Shown here one piece after another: positions 1 to 8,782 of a stretch of 54,042 nt of DNA. The stretch's first letter is position 1; each line of letters begins with the position of its first letter. The notes under the pieces were generated by a model. The model worked only from the letters and a program-made list of their open reading frames with translations. It did not search any database and had not been told where the DNA came from. Made by a program: the position numbers and the translations under genes. The DNA comes from a virus (Duplodnaviria > Caudoviricetes): IMG/VR virus record IMGVR_UViG_3300032272_000017, positions 1 to 54,042 of that record; one strand, written 5' to 3'.

Positions 1-195
1 CTGAAAGAGTTAGTCGGGTACAAGATTGTCGACACAGTAATGACCCCTGACAACGACTCGTATGGGTTCGTGGTTCAGAAGGGCAAAGCAAAGAAAGTAT
101 GCTGGGTCGATTGTGATCCCGAGGGCAACGGCCCCGGGTGGCTTCAGATTGAGGAGAAAGAAGATGTCCAGAAAGACGATGCTCCCCGCTGGTGA
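1..195 (+). CDS. hypothetical phage protein, 5'-truncated (LKELVGYKIV...DPEGNGPGWLQI...)
   Basis: Open frame from base 1 to TGA at 193-195; not in the ORF track; overlaps the next gene's RBS. Confidence 0.7.
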   Translation: MKELVGYKIVDTVMTPDNDSYGFVVQKGKAKKVCWVDCDPEGNGPGWLQIEEKEDVQKDDAPRW

Positions 196-544
196 GTACT
201 ACATAGGCGATCCGTGTTACGTGATCGAAGCTTGGGACGATTTCCTAGAACCATTCTGGAACACTAGCGGCGGCGGAATTTTTGATTTCGATGGCTATGA
301 CTGCTGTGTGTTTCAGACACAGTACGGTGATGGCCGCTACCCGGCTAGTGATGGTAGCTCGCTCCCGGTAGACGCCGGTATCATTGGTGCCATACCCGCT
401 GTCCTCATGACAACTGGCGACTTCGAGGACGGTACTCGCGTATCTTTTAATCGACCCTTTGAGTGCTCCAGAGACGACGACGGACGCCTACACTTCGGAT
501 CATTCAGTGTTATGACTGGAGACGGGCATGACGACTATTATTGA
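164..544 (+). CDS. hypothetical phage protein (IGDPCY ... TxYGDG ... VDAG motif family)
   Basis: ORF 62..544; start moved to ATG 164 behind a GAGGAG RBS. Confidence 0.8.
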   Translation: MSRKTMLPAGEYYIGDPCYVIEAWDDFLEPFWNTSGGGIFDFDGYDCCVFQTQYGDGRYPASDGSSLPVDAGIIGAIPAVLMTTGDFEDGTRVSFNRPFECSRDDDGRLHFGSFSVMTGDGHDDYY

Positions 545-803
545 AGAAAAAACCGACACTGAAAAGTGGCGGTGCCCCAAGTGCGGAGTAGTTGGTGCAG
601 ATAATCTTATCTACGCCGAAGACATCTCCGTTTATTACACCTCAGTTACAATCGAAGGCAAGAAGGCTTACGTAGACTGTCCTGACAACGACTACTCATG
701 CCCTACTAACCGACGACTGTTCTGCACAGCATGCGATACATATCATGTCGATGAAGACACTGAACTCGCTGGAACAAGCCTACTGGAGGTACATTACAGA
801 TGA
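528..803 (+). CDS. Zn-finger protein (CPKC ... CTAC)
   Basis: Two CxxC pairs; coupled to the helicase by an ATGA overlap. Confidence 0.75.
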   Translation: MTTIIEEKTDTEKWRCPKCGVVGADNLIYAEDISVYYTSVTIEGKKAYVDCPDNDYSCPTNRRLFCTACDTYHVDEDTELAGTSLLEVHYR

Positions 804-2185
804 CCGGATTTTTTAAGGAGGTTCCACCCTACTATGAACACCAACAAACAACCCTGGACCTATTGGGTCAGGAGAATCGCGTTCTCGATCTATCAGATCC
901 TGGGACTGGTAAAACAAGGCCGGCATTGGGCGCATTTATCGACCGCCTTAACAAGTCGGGGAAAAGAGGTTTGGTACTCGCTACTAAGTCTATTCTACAG
1001 TCTGCGTGGGGTGATGACATCGACAAGTTCTTCCCCGGCGTCAAGTACGACATAGCGTATGCGAATGTCAGAAAGAAAGTTCTTGAGAAGTCTACAGCAG
1101 ACATCCTCATCACAAACCACGACGCAGTTCGAAGCCTTGTGGGTAAGAAAAGTCTGGTTAAGCCTGCTTTCTGGAAAGACTTTGACACTATCATCGTCGA
1201 CGAGTCGACTGCCTTCAAGAATCATGGATCTCAAAGATCGAAAGCACTCTACAACATAGCAAAGCAAATGGAGTACCGGGAGTGCATGACAGGTACGCCG
1301 AATCCGAAATCGATTCTCGACATGTGGCACCAAGCCAAGATCGTCGACGACGGTGTACGGCTAGGCACATCCTACTGGAAGTTCCGGAGCGCTGTTTGTG
1401 AGCCAGTTCAGGTCGGGCCACGTCCCGAGATGACACAGTGGGTCGACAAGGAAGGCTCAGAGTATGCAGTCTTCGACATGCTGGAAGACATTACCATCCG
1501 GCATAAGTTCGAAGAGTGTACTGACATTCCACCGAACTCAGTCACTGAGTATCGTATCGACTTAGCTCCTAAGTTACGCAAGCAGTACAACGACATGGTA
1601 GCTATCGCAGCGACAATGCTTGCAGATGGGAAGTTCCTCATGGCAACGAACGCTGCTAGTGTTCATCAGAAACTCATGCAGATGGCGTCAGGCGCTGTCT
1701 ATACCGAAGAAGGAGAGTACAGTGTATTGGACGACCAACGATCAGAGCTGGTCATGGATCTTATCGAAGAGCGCAATCAATGCCTTGTTGCCTTTAATTG
1801 GCGACATCAGCGAGCGGGCTTGGAGGCAGCGGCCAAAAAGCGTGGATTGTCGTACGCTGTTATTGACGGAAGCGTTAACGATCGCCTGCGACGTGAAGCG
1901 GTCGAGCGATTCCAGAACGGAGAGCTACGAGCTATATTTGCACATCCACAATCCGCGGGTCACGGACTTACCCTTACAGCCGGCACAACAACCATCTGGA
2001 CGTCCCCTACTTATAATGCCGAGCACTACAAGCAGTTCAACCATCGCATCTATCGTTCTGGACAAACTAAGCGCACCGAAACAATACACATAGCTGCGCG
2101 CGACACGATTGATGAAAAGGTCTTTGACAAACTCGGTAGCAAACTCACTTCCATGCAATTATTGCTGGATCTTCTTGAAAAATAA
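800..2185 (+). CDS. SNF2-family (SF2) DNA helicase
   Basis: Walker A DPGTGKT, Walker B IVDES, motif III MTGTP, AGHGLTL, and motif VI QFNHRIYRSGQ. Confidence 0.93.
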   Translation: MTGFFKEVPPYYEHQQTTLDLLGQENRVLDLSDPGTGKTRPALGAFIDRLNKSGKRGLVLATKSILQSAWGDDIDKFFPGVKYDIAYANVRKKVLEKSTADILITNHDAVRSLVGKKSLVKPAFWKDFDTIIVDESTAFKNHGSQRSKALYNIAKQMEYRECMTGTPNPKSILDMWHQAKIVDDGVRLGTSYWKFRSAVCEPVQVGPRPEMTQWVDKEGSEYAVFDMLEDITIRHKFEECTDIPPNSVTEYRIDLAPKLRKQYNDMVAIAATMLADGKFLMATNAASVHQKLMQMASGAVYTEEGEYSVLDDQRSELVMDLIEERNQCLVAFNWRHQRAGLEAAAKKRGLSYAVIDGSVNDRLRREAVERFQNGELRAIFAHPQSAGHGLTLTAGTTTIWTSPTYNAEHYKQFNHRIYRSGQTKRTETIHIAARDTIDEKVFDKLGSKLTSMQLLLDLLEK

Positions 2186-2194
2186 GGATAAATT

Positions 2195-2584
2195 ATGAGC
2201 GAAAATACTAGCCCCCCACTAACAACCAGTGCTATAATTGCCAAGCTCGTAGAGTGTCGCGATGAGAAGCGCCGGATCAAGGAACGTGAGAAGGAGCTCA
2301 TCGAAGAATGGAGAACCCTTGAAATGGAACTCCTAGTGCGGCTCGACGAGCAAGGAATGAAGAAAGCGTCCACCAACGACGGAACGGCAAGTGTGACGGA
2401 AGTTGTACTACCACAAGTTGTGGATTGGGAAGCAGTCTATGCACACATACAAGAGACAGGTGATTTCTATCTGTTACAAAAGCGTCCCGCTGCCGCAGCA
2501 TTCCGAGAACTCAATGATTCAGGAGAAGCTATCCCGGGCATTGAGGCATATACAAAGCGATCAATTTCTCTAAGGAAAGCATGA
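2195..2584 (+). CDS. conserved phage replication-module protein (coiled coil, C-terminal GEAIPG)
   Basis: ORF track, AAGGA RBS, position between helicase and putative SSB. Confidence 0.75.
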   Translation: MSENTSPPLTTSAIIAKLVECRDEKRRIKEREKELIEEWRTLEMELLVRLDEQGMKKASTNDGTASVTEVVLPQVVDWEAVYAHIQETGDFYLLQKRPAAAAFRELNDSGEAIPGIEAYTKRSISLRKA

Positions 2585-3285
2585 TGAGTAAAAAGAAAGA
2601 AGAGTCAGAAAACCTTCCGATCAGTGTCGAAGACATGATCAAGAAGCAACTGCTTGACCAACGCGGCCAACTCGGCGCACTCCCATCCAACAAGATCGGC
2701 CTACGCAATAAAGAATTCACTCTCCCTGATGGGCAGAAGAGTCCTGGTCCGTTGGATTGCATCATCCTCGATTTTGCATGGTTCATGGTTCACTACCCCG
2801 GCGTATACAACTCGAACAATCCGCAGCAGCCTAACTGCTTCGCGACTGGACGAGAGAAGCCAGACGGTGGTGACCTCAAACCACATGAAAGTGCAGCAGA
2901 GCCACAAGGTGAAAACTGCGCAGTATGTCCGAAGAACCAATGGGGCTCAGCTCCCACTGGACGTGGCAAGGCTTGTAAGAACCAGCGTCGTCTGATTCTT
3001 GTGCCGCCCAACTTCGACGAGTCCACCGAACCAATGACGATGTATGTCTCTCCCGGTGGCTTGAAGAACTTCGACAAGTACGTATCACGACTGAACAACG
3101 AACAGGGTGTGCTGCCAGTACAGGTAGTCACATCGATCTCGTTCGATGCTGATCAGTCTTATCCGCTGCTCAAGTTCGCTTTCGTAGAACGACACACTCG
3201 CGTCAATGACGCATGGTCGTTGCGTGAGCGCTCTGAGTCTCTCCTGTTCCGTGAGTTGGAAACGAAAGGCGAGAAAGCAGCATAA
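2581..3285 (+). CDS. putative ssDNA-binding/annealing protein with Cys (Zn) cluster
   Basis: C...CAVCPKNQWGS...GKACKNQRRL signature typical of phage replication-module proteins; function inferred from context. Confidence 0.6.
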   Translation: MMSKKKEESENLPISVEDMIKKQLLDQRGQLGALPSNKIGLRNKEFTLPDGQKSPGPLDCIILDFAWFMVHYPGVYNSNNPQQPNCFATGREKPDGGDLKPHESAAEPQGENCAVCPKNQWGSAPTGRGKACKNQRRLILVPPNFDESTEPMTMYVSPGGLKNFDKYVSRLNNEQGVLPVQVVTSISFDADQSYPLLKFAFVERHTRVNDAWSLRERSESLLFRELETKGEKAA

Positions 3286-3401
3286 CGAACCCCAGAAGAG
3301 CTCGTCACAGCAAAAAAGACTTCCTTGCCCTAGGGTAATAATGCCTAAGATGACCGAACAGACGGACGGTGGGATGACAAGGGTGCTGCTCTTCATTTTA
3401 T

Positions 3402-3797
3402 ATGACAGAAAACAGTTTTTGGCAATCTCTGCGTAAGAAACTCATACCGAGAATCTACGCAATGAAAAATCAAGCCGGCTACGTCGGAGGGATACCTGAC
3501 TGTTGGCTGTCCGGATCTCATGGTGACCTATGGATGGAAAACAAGTATTTACAGACCGTTCCCCCGGTAGTGGATCCGACAAAACTGCTTTCTATGTTAC
3601 AGCAGCAGTGGTTGATCCGCCGGCACGCGGAGGGAAGGTCCGTCGGTGTATTGATTGGGTCGTCGGAGGGGCATTTGTTCTTGCCTGGCTTGTCGTGGCA
3701 AGAGCCTGTGAGCCGTGGCAGCTTCACGATGAAAGCCAAGACGACGAAAGAAATTGCTGACGAATTGGTTGAACTTGTGGGCTGCACGCAGGTATAA
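3402..3797 (+). CDS. PD-(D/E)xK nuclease, VRR-NUC / Holliday junction resolvase-like
   Basis: MTE..F N-terminus, GIPD ... WMENK catalytic motif, QQQW. Confidence 0.8.
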   Translation: MTENSFWQSLRKKLIPRIYAMKNQAGYVGGIPDCWLSGSHGDLWMENKYLQTVPPVVDPTKLLSMLQQQWLIRRHAEGRSVGVLIGSSEGHLFLPGLSWQEPVSRGSFTMKAKTTKEIADELVELVGCTQV

Positions 3798-3798
3798 T
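3769..3798 (+). promoter_or_regulatory. sigma70-like promoter TTGAAC-18-TATAAT; probable leaderless transcript for the SspA-like gene; contains an inverted CAGCCC box
   Basis: Perfect TATAAT at 3793-3798, ATG 7 nt downstream at 3806, no SD. Confidence 0.6.
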
Positions 3799-3805
3799 AG
3801 CCCCT

Positions 3806-4273
3806 ATGGAACCAACAATCGTAATCGACAACAGCCTAGACTCATTCCTGATTCACTGGCTCGTCCTAGAGAAAGAATGTCCCTTAGCGGTTCAGTACAG
3901 CTTACTCTCCGAAGTGAAAGCACCGTACTACCAAGCTGGGGATGTATTGATCTACGACGCTGTTACCCTTGTTCAGTTCCTACAGGAGCGATACCCCGGT
4001 GAACAACTCCTGCCAGCTGATCCAGTGTCACGTGCGCAAATACGACAAGCGTGTGCGCTCATAAATGAGCCAGACGTCGACATGATTGCCGAACTTGAGG
4101 AGATCCTCGGCACAGGCAGTAATTACATTGCTGGTAGGGAGTTCACACTCTTAGACATCTACATTGGAACGTGGCTGTCGGAGTATGTGTTGACGAACAT
4201 TGTCACCGCATCGGTAGGCTCATATTGGAGACGGATTTCCAGCCGACCAGCATTTATTAAGGCATCACAATGA
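3806..4273 (+). CDS. GST-fold protein resembling stringent starvation protein A (SspA)
   Basis: LVLEK, LIYDAVTLVQFLQERYP..LLPADPVSRAQIR, YIAGREFTLLDIY, YWRRISSRPAF parallel the SspA/GST motifs (YLDERFP.PPLMP..PVAR, YFLSDEFSLVDC, YMTRVFERDSF). Confidence 0.75.
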   Translation: MEPTIVIDNSLDSFLIHWLVLEKECPLAVQYSLLSEVKAPYYQAGDVLIYDAVTLVQFLQERYPGEQLLPADPVSRAQIRQACALINEPDVDMIAELEEILGTGSNYIAGREFTLLDIYIGTWLSEYVLTNIVTASVGSYWRRISSRPAFIKASQ

Positions 4274-4530
4274 CAGAAGAACTGCCACGAGGCATTTGGT
4301 ATGAGGCGCCTAAGCGCCGATTCCGAGTTAGAAAGTACCACAACGGTGTATCGTATCTGAAAGGATACTTCCGCACATTCGACGATGCGAAAGAAGCTCT
4401 TATTGAGCTGGAGTCGTATCTTTCTACCATTCCGAAGGAACGCAAGAAGCGAGAGAGCTCGTCGCCGCCTGACCCGACTTTGTCTGGCACCGCGAGATCC
4501 ATTCGGTCAAGAGAAAAACACAGAATTTGA
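4270..4530 (+). CDS. small AP2-like DNA-binding protein
   Basis: PRGIWYEAPKRRFRVRKYHNG..YLKGYFRTFDDAKEA fits the AP2 three-strand plus helix pattern; ATGA-coupled to the SspA-like gene. Confidence 0.65.
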   Translation: MTEELPRGIWYEAPKRRFRVRKYHNGVSYLKGYFRTFDDAKEALIELESYLSTIPKERKKRESSSPPDPTLSGTARSIRSREKHRI

Positions 4531-4542
4531 CCTGGAGGTAGA

Positions 4543-4731
4543 GTGAAATTTGAAAAGTACGAGGTGATCCCACTCAAGGATCATGCCAATCCGGTGCAAT
4601 GCGAAACACGCAACGCGCAGTTTTGGGGTCTGTACGGAATCGACAAGAACGACGATGCATATGCGGTCGGTGATTTCAGTTCCAAGACAGACGCAGAGTT
4701 CATAAAAGACGCTATTCAAGCGTCACCTTAA
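4543..4731 (+). CDS. hypothetical protein
   Basis: GGAGG RBS then GTG start; 62 aa. Confidence 0.7.
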   Translation: MKFEKYEVIPLKDHANPVQCETRNAQFWGLYGIDKNDDAYAVGDFSSKTDAEFIKDAIQASP

Positions 4732-4757
4732 CCGACTCCCCCCTGTCGGTATGCTTG

Positions 4758-4781
4758 GGCCCCCTTGTGGGGCCTTTTTTT
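4758..4781 (+). terminator. intrinsic terminator
   Basis: GGCCCC-cttgt-GGGGCC followed by T7. Confidence 0.85.
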
Positions 4782-4796
4782 ATTGGAGCGATATGT

Positions 4797-5402
4797 ATGG
4801 ATGTACTTGTAGGATGCGAGTACTCAGGAATCGTGAGAGATGCTTTTCTCGATGCTGGGCACTATGCGCTGTCGTGCGATATTTTACCGACAGAGAGCGA
4901 TAAGGGTGACCACTGGCACGGAGATATATTCGAGTGCTTGCGGAATACAGATTCATGGGATCTGATAATTCTGCACCCGCCATGTACACACCTCTGCGTT
5001 AGCGGAAACAGGTGGTACGGCAAAGGGCAAGAAGGTCACGATAAGAGACTGAAAGCGATTGAGTGGACCAAACAGCTATATAGAGCTGCAACACAGAAGG
5101 CAGTCCACGTCGCAATAGAAAACCCAGTAGGAGTGCTGTCGTCAGAATGGCGACCACCAGAACAATATGTGCAGCCATGGCAATACGGTATTCAGGAAAT
5201 GAAGAAGACCGGCTTGTGGCTGACACCCGGGCTACCGTTATTACAGCCCACTAGAATCATCACGCCGCCAAAACCGGATGATCCGGATTATTTAGCGTGG
5301 CAGAGGGTGTGGAGAATGCCCCCGGGACCAAATCGGGGCAAAGAGCGATCGCGATTCTTTCCCGGAATTGCGAAGGCAATGGCGGAGCAGTGGTCGTGGT
5401 AG
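4797..5402 (+). CDS. DNA cytosine-methyltransferase-like protein (short phage type)
   Basis: VLVGCEYSG, WDLIILHPPC (catalytic PC), IENP, QPWQYG, KKTGLW, RSRFFPGIAKAMAEQW; start moved to ATG 4797 after GGAG. Confidence 0.8.
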   Translation: MDVLVGCEYSGIVRDAFLDAGHYALSCDILPTESDKGDHWHGDIFECLRNTDSWDLIILHPPCTHLCVSGNRWYGKGQEGHDKRLKAIEWTKQLYRAATQKAVHVAIENPVGVLSSEWRPPEQYVQPWQYGIQEMKKTGLWLTPGLPLLQPTRIITPPKPDDPDYLAWQRVWRMPPGPNRGKERSRFFPGIAKAMAEQWSW

Positions 5403-6100
5403 TTTACGAGGGACCGTCGGAATTGAATGGTGCGCCTATCGTTGCCATTGTAACGGGGTTGGTTACCCCTTCGACAAACCGCAAGACTGGACCAATGGCT
5501 CAGCTGTGGATCCTCGATGCGACCACTGAGCCGCACGTTGCTGTTAAGACAGGTGAGGATGAGTCAGTATGTGGCGACTGTCCAGCTCGTAACAAATGGT
5601 GTTACGTGACTACCTTCCAAGGGCCACTCTCAATATATAGGACATGGAAACGTGGAGGATACCAAAGATATGTTCCCGAAGATGAGCAATCATTACTCGA
5701 TGGCACGGTTCTCAGATTCGGTGCCTACGGAGATCCAGCTGCAGTCCCTATTGAAGTCATTCGAGGCATCGGTAGGCGAGTACGTCGTTTTACTGGTTAC
5801 ACCCACGCCTGGAAGTACTGCGATAGCGAATTTCGACACTACTGTATGGCCAGCGTGGATACGATCAGCGATCAGCAACAAGCTGCTCGAAGCGGGTGGC
5901 GTACGTTCAGAGTGGCCTCTCCAGATTCTCCAAAACGAAAAGGGGAATCCATATGTCCTGCCAGTGAAGAAGCAGGACATAAAATCAACTGCTACGACTG
6001 CGGAGCCTGCGACGGAAGGCGACGACCCAAAGTAAAATCACACATAGTTATTCAGGCGCACGGCGCCAAAACAAAGCGATACTTGGAAGAGTTCGCATAA
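5396..6100 (+). CDS. Cys-rich conserved phage protein, possibly Fe-S/radical-SAM-like
   Basis: NRKTG, CGDCP....CY, LRFGAYGDP, TGYTH, CPA...C..CGAC; start moved to GTG 5396 behind GGAG. Confidence 0.6.
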   Translation: MVVYEGPSELNGAPIVAIVTGLVTPSTNRKTGPMAQLWILDATTEPHVAVKTGEDESVCGDCPARNKWCYVTTFQGPLSIYRTWKRGGYQRYVPEDEQSLLDGTVLRFGAYGDPAAVPIEVIRGIGRRVRRFTGYTHAWKYCDSEFRHYCMASVDTISDQQQAARSGWRTFRVASPDSPKRKGESICPASEEAGHKINCYDCGACDGRRRPKVKSHIVIQAHGAKTKRYLEEFA

Positions 6101-6111
6101 GGAGAAGTATC

Positions 6112-7086
6112 ATGGCACATGAAATTGATTTCAGCACAGGGCAAGCTGCGATTGCCTACACCGGCCGCGTCCCATGGCATGGGTACGGCGAGCCAATGCA
6201 AGACAACCTACCACTCGAAGTGTGGCGCCAGATGGCCGGCCTTGATTGGGAAGTGGAAGAGAAGCCTGTCTTTTACAAGACAGACGACTTGGGACAGGCA
6301 TACCTGTCAGCGATCCCCAAGAAGAAGGTGTTGGTCCGTAGTGACAATTCACAGCCCCTTTCTGTAGTCTCTGACCGCTACAAGGTTGTCCAACCGAAGG
6401 AAGTCCTCGACTTCTTTGAGTCCGTGATCAAAGAGAACGGGTTCAAGATGTCCACAGCTGGTGCTCTCAGAGATGGCAAACGAGTTTGGGCCATGGCTGA
6501 CACCGGCGAAGGCTTCCAGATCGAGAACGGTGACCGAGTAGGAGCGCATCTTCTACTAGCAACCAGCTACGACGGTACGTTCGCTACGACTGCTCAGTTC
6601 ACGTCGATCAGGGTCGTCTGCAACAACACACTCGGCTTCAGTCTGAACCGCGGTGGTGAAGGCGGCATCGTACGCATCCCGCATACGTCTGACTTCAACC
6701 AGTGGGATATCAAAGCCGATCTTGGATTCGATTCCAGCTGGAGCAACTTCAAGAAGAACATCTTCGAGCTGTCTCAGCACAAAGTCACTAAGCGCGAAGC
6801 ACTGAATTACTTCTTGACAGTGATGGGAGTCACCGAGGAAGAAGCTGCAGACGGTAAGCAGTTGTCCAACGTGAAGAAGTTGATCAGTCTCTACGAATCA
6901 GGACCAGGTTCTAAGTTACCAAGCTCACAGAACACTCTGTGGGGAGCTTTGAACGCGGTAACCTTCATGGTAGATCACTGTCGTGCTGCAAAGAACACGG
7001 GCAACCGGTTCGATTCAGCATCGTTCGGAGGCGGCGCCAACTTGAAGCGTGAAGCATTCAAGGAAGCTGTCCGGATTGCAGCATAA
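6112..7086 (+). CDS. DUF932 family protein
   Basis: MAHE, PWHGYG, AGLDWEV, VVSDRYKVVQ, TSYDG, RVVCNNT, TLWGALNAVT. Confidence 0.9.
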   Translation: MAHEIDFSTGQAAIAYTGRVPWHGYGEPMQDNLPLEVWRQMAGLDWEVEEKPVFYKTDDLGQAYLSAIPKKKVLVRSDNSQPLSVVSDRYKVVQPKEVLDFFESVIKENGFKMSTAGALRDGKRVWAMADTGEGFQIENGDRVGAHLLLATSYDGTFATTAQFTSIRVVCNNTLGFSLNRGGEGGIVRIPHTSDFNQWDIKADLGFDSSWSNFKKNIFELSQHKVTKREALNYFLTVMGVTEEEAADGKQLSNVKKLISLYESGPGSKLPSSQNTLWGALNAVTFMVDHCRAAKNTGNRFDSASFGGGANLKREAFKEAVRIAA

Positions 7087-7262
7087 TGTCTATCCCAGTC
7101 GACAGCTACGAATGCCGGCGCTGTAAGGAGTGGTCGCATTACGAGGCAAGGGAGAGTCTACGAAGACTTCCCGAATACTGTCCGTACTGCGGCGACCGCC
7201 AACTTCGTTGGAAGACGGATCAAAATTGGGAACTACAGGAGAAGCTCGATGGGAGCACATAG
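7086..7262 (+). CDS. 58-aa Zn-ribbon protein (YECRRC ... CPYCG), not in ORF track
   Basis: ATG overlaps the DUF932 stop (TAATG); MSIPVDSYECRRCKEWSHYEARESLRRLPEYCPYCGDRQLRWKTDQNWELQEKLDGST. Confidence 0.75.
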   Translation: MSIPVDSYECRRCKEWSHYEARESLRRLPEYCPYCGDRQLRWKTDQNWELQEKLDGST

Positions 7263-7548
7263 TTTTACAGCAAGTGTCTACGCACCGACAGCCGCAGACG
7301 GGTACAGTATGCTCGTCGACGAAGCTGTCTATGACCACGGTCACGACCCGTACAACGGTACGATCAGCACAACGAGCGGGTTCAAGATAGTTCCGTTCAT
7401 GGAAGGAGAATCCTCCGAACAGTGGTCGGAACGAGTGCTGGACATAACTGAGAAGCGGGGAAGCTGTGCCTGTATCGAGGCGACTCACGTCGAGAAGAAC
7501 GACGAGGGGTGGCCACTCTGGCACTTCGCGGGATGGGCAGCATCATGA
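7249..7548 (+). CDS. hypothetical phage protein (YDHGHDPYNGTIST motif)
   Basis: AGGAG RBS; ORF track. Confidence 0.8.
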   Translation: MGAHSFTASVYAPTAADGYSMLVDEAVYDHGHDPYNGTISTTSGFKIVPFMEGESSEQWSERVLDITEKRGSCACIEATHVEKNDEGWPLWHFAGWAAS

Positions 7549-7928
7549 TTCACATGTCAGCATACAGATTACTCCGCGTGAAGAACGGGCAACCACACAC
7601 GCTTTTCCACGGTCATAATGGTAGCCGGAAGCTGCCGCAGGATACTCTCCTAGAAGCCGTAGAGAAGCAGGTGTGGAACCCCGGGAAGAAGGGCAAGTCA
7701 CCCGGGTTCACGTCCGGGTGGCATGTTCTCCCCACAAAGGAGCAATGCGTTAAGTACCTAGAACGGTTCACTGCGAAGGACGACATCGTCGTCTGTCGTG
7801 TGACCATAGCGGAGCCTCGCTACAAGCCGCGTTCGAAAGTGTTTTTAACAAAATACATGAAGATCGACGCGGTTGATTGGGCAATAGCATTGGAGGAACA
7901 TGGCCATGTCCCAACCAACACGTTTTGA
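7545..7928 (+). CDS. hypothetical protein
   Basis: ATGA overlap with the upstream gene; TLFHGHNGSRKLP. Confidence 0.75.
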   Translation: MIHMSAYRLLRVKNGQPHTLFHGHNGSRKLPQDTLLEAVEKQVWNPGKKGKSPGFTSGWHVLPTKEQCVKYLERFTAKDDIVVCRVTIAEPRYKPRSKVFLTKYMKIDAVDWAIALEEHGHVPTNTF

Positions 7929-8157
7929 AGTACAAGAGTACACCGTCGTCGATGGCTGGATAAACAACTGGTCGGTGGAGATTCCCATTCATATTGACGA
8001 GTGGGTCACGAGGCCGCAGACGTACGCGACCGCGGACGAAGCACAGGCAGCAATCTATGAGTTCTTCGCTGACCTGACACGAGCCGGTATGGTGCAGTCA
8101 TACGACATGTCAGATTATCGGGTCGTTCCCATTGCATATGGGGCTGCAAACAAGTAA
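7906..8157 (+). CDS. hypothetical protein
   Basis: GGAGG RBS 9 nt upstream of ATG 7906. Confidence 0.75.
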   Translation: MSQPTRFEVQEYTVVDGWINNWSVEIPIHIDEWVTRPQTYATADEAQAAIYEFFADLTRAGMVQSYDMSDYRVVPIAYGAANK

Positions 8158-8257
8158 AATCGTTACAAATCAACGAGTCTCCCGGGTAGGGTTTTTTCAT
8201 TCTCCTTTCACCTACACGGTTGTCCACCACCGGGAGGCTCACCTTTTAGGAATAGCT

Positions 8258-8518
8258 ATGAGAGAACTGTTGGATAAGATTCGCGAAGAAGAAGCAGCAA
8301 ACAACGGTGGATCTACAAATTATTACGAGTTGCCGGAAGGCGCCTCGGAATTACAGGACTTGATCGAGTACAAAAATATGAACTTTGCTGTTGCAAATAT
8401 CTTCAAAGCTGCGTATAGATTAGGTTCTAAAGGTAATACAACGCCCGAATATGATCTCAACAAGATCATATGGTTTGCAGAAAGAGAGAAGGCCAGGATA
8501 CTTAATGAAAAGATTTAA
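8258..8518 (+). CDS. DUF3310-like protein (T7 gp1.7 nucleotide-kinase-like family)
   Basis: GGSTNYY, NFAVANIFKAAYRLGSK, DLNKIIWF. Confidence 0.7.
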   Translation: MRELLDKIREEEAANNGGSTNYYELPEGASELQDLIEYKNMNFAVANIFKAAYRLGSKGNTTPEYDLNKIIWFAEREKARILNEKI

Positions 8519-8717
8519 GATCACATTGATGGTTCCACACTCTACGGAGATCGTCGTTGCCTCTATGCAGGAAGCGCATAACGAAGCAACACGACTCGCT
8601 GGTGGAGACGTTGCTGATGGACCGAAGGCAATGGTCCACTCGGTAGAAGAGATCGGAGACATCCAAACAGATCCAATCCCATTCGGTGACCCAGAGATAG
8701 AATTTCCACCAGAATAA
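8505..8717 (+). CDS. hypothetical protein
   Basis: ATG 8505 after AGGA; overlaps the upstream gene end. Confidence 0.65.
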   Translation: MKRFKITLMVPHSTEIVVASMQEAHNEATRLAGGDVADGPKAMVHSVEEIGDIQTDPIPFGDPEIEFPPE

Positions 8718-8782
8718 ACTATACATAATCTGGTATACTCTTTTCTTTATTCACAACATAAGCCCGTGGGCAGGAGTTTAGA

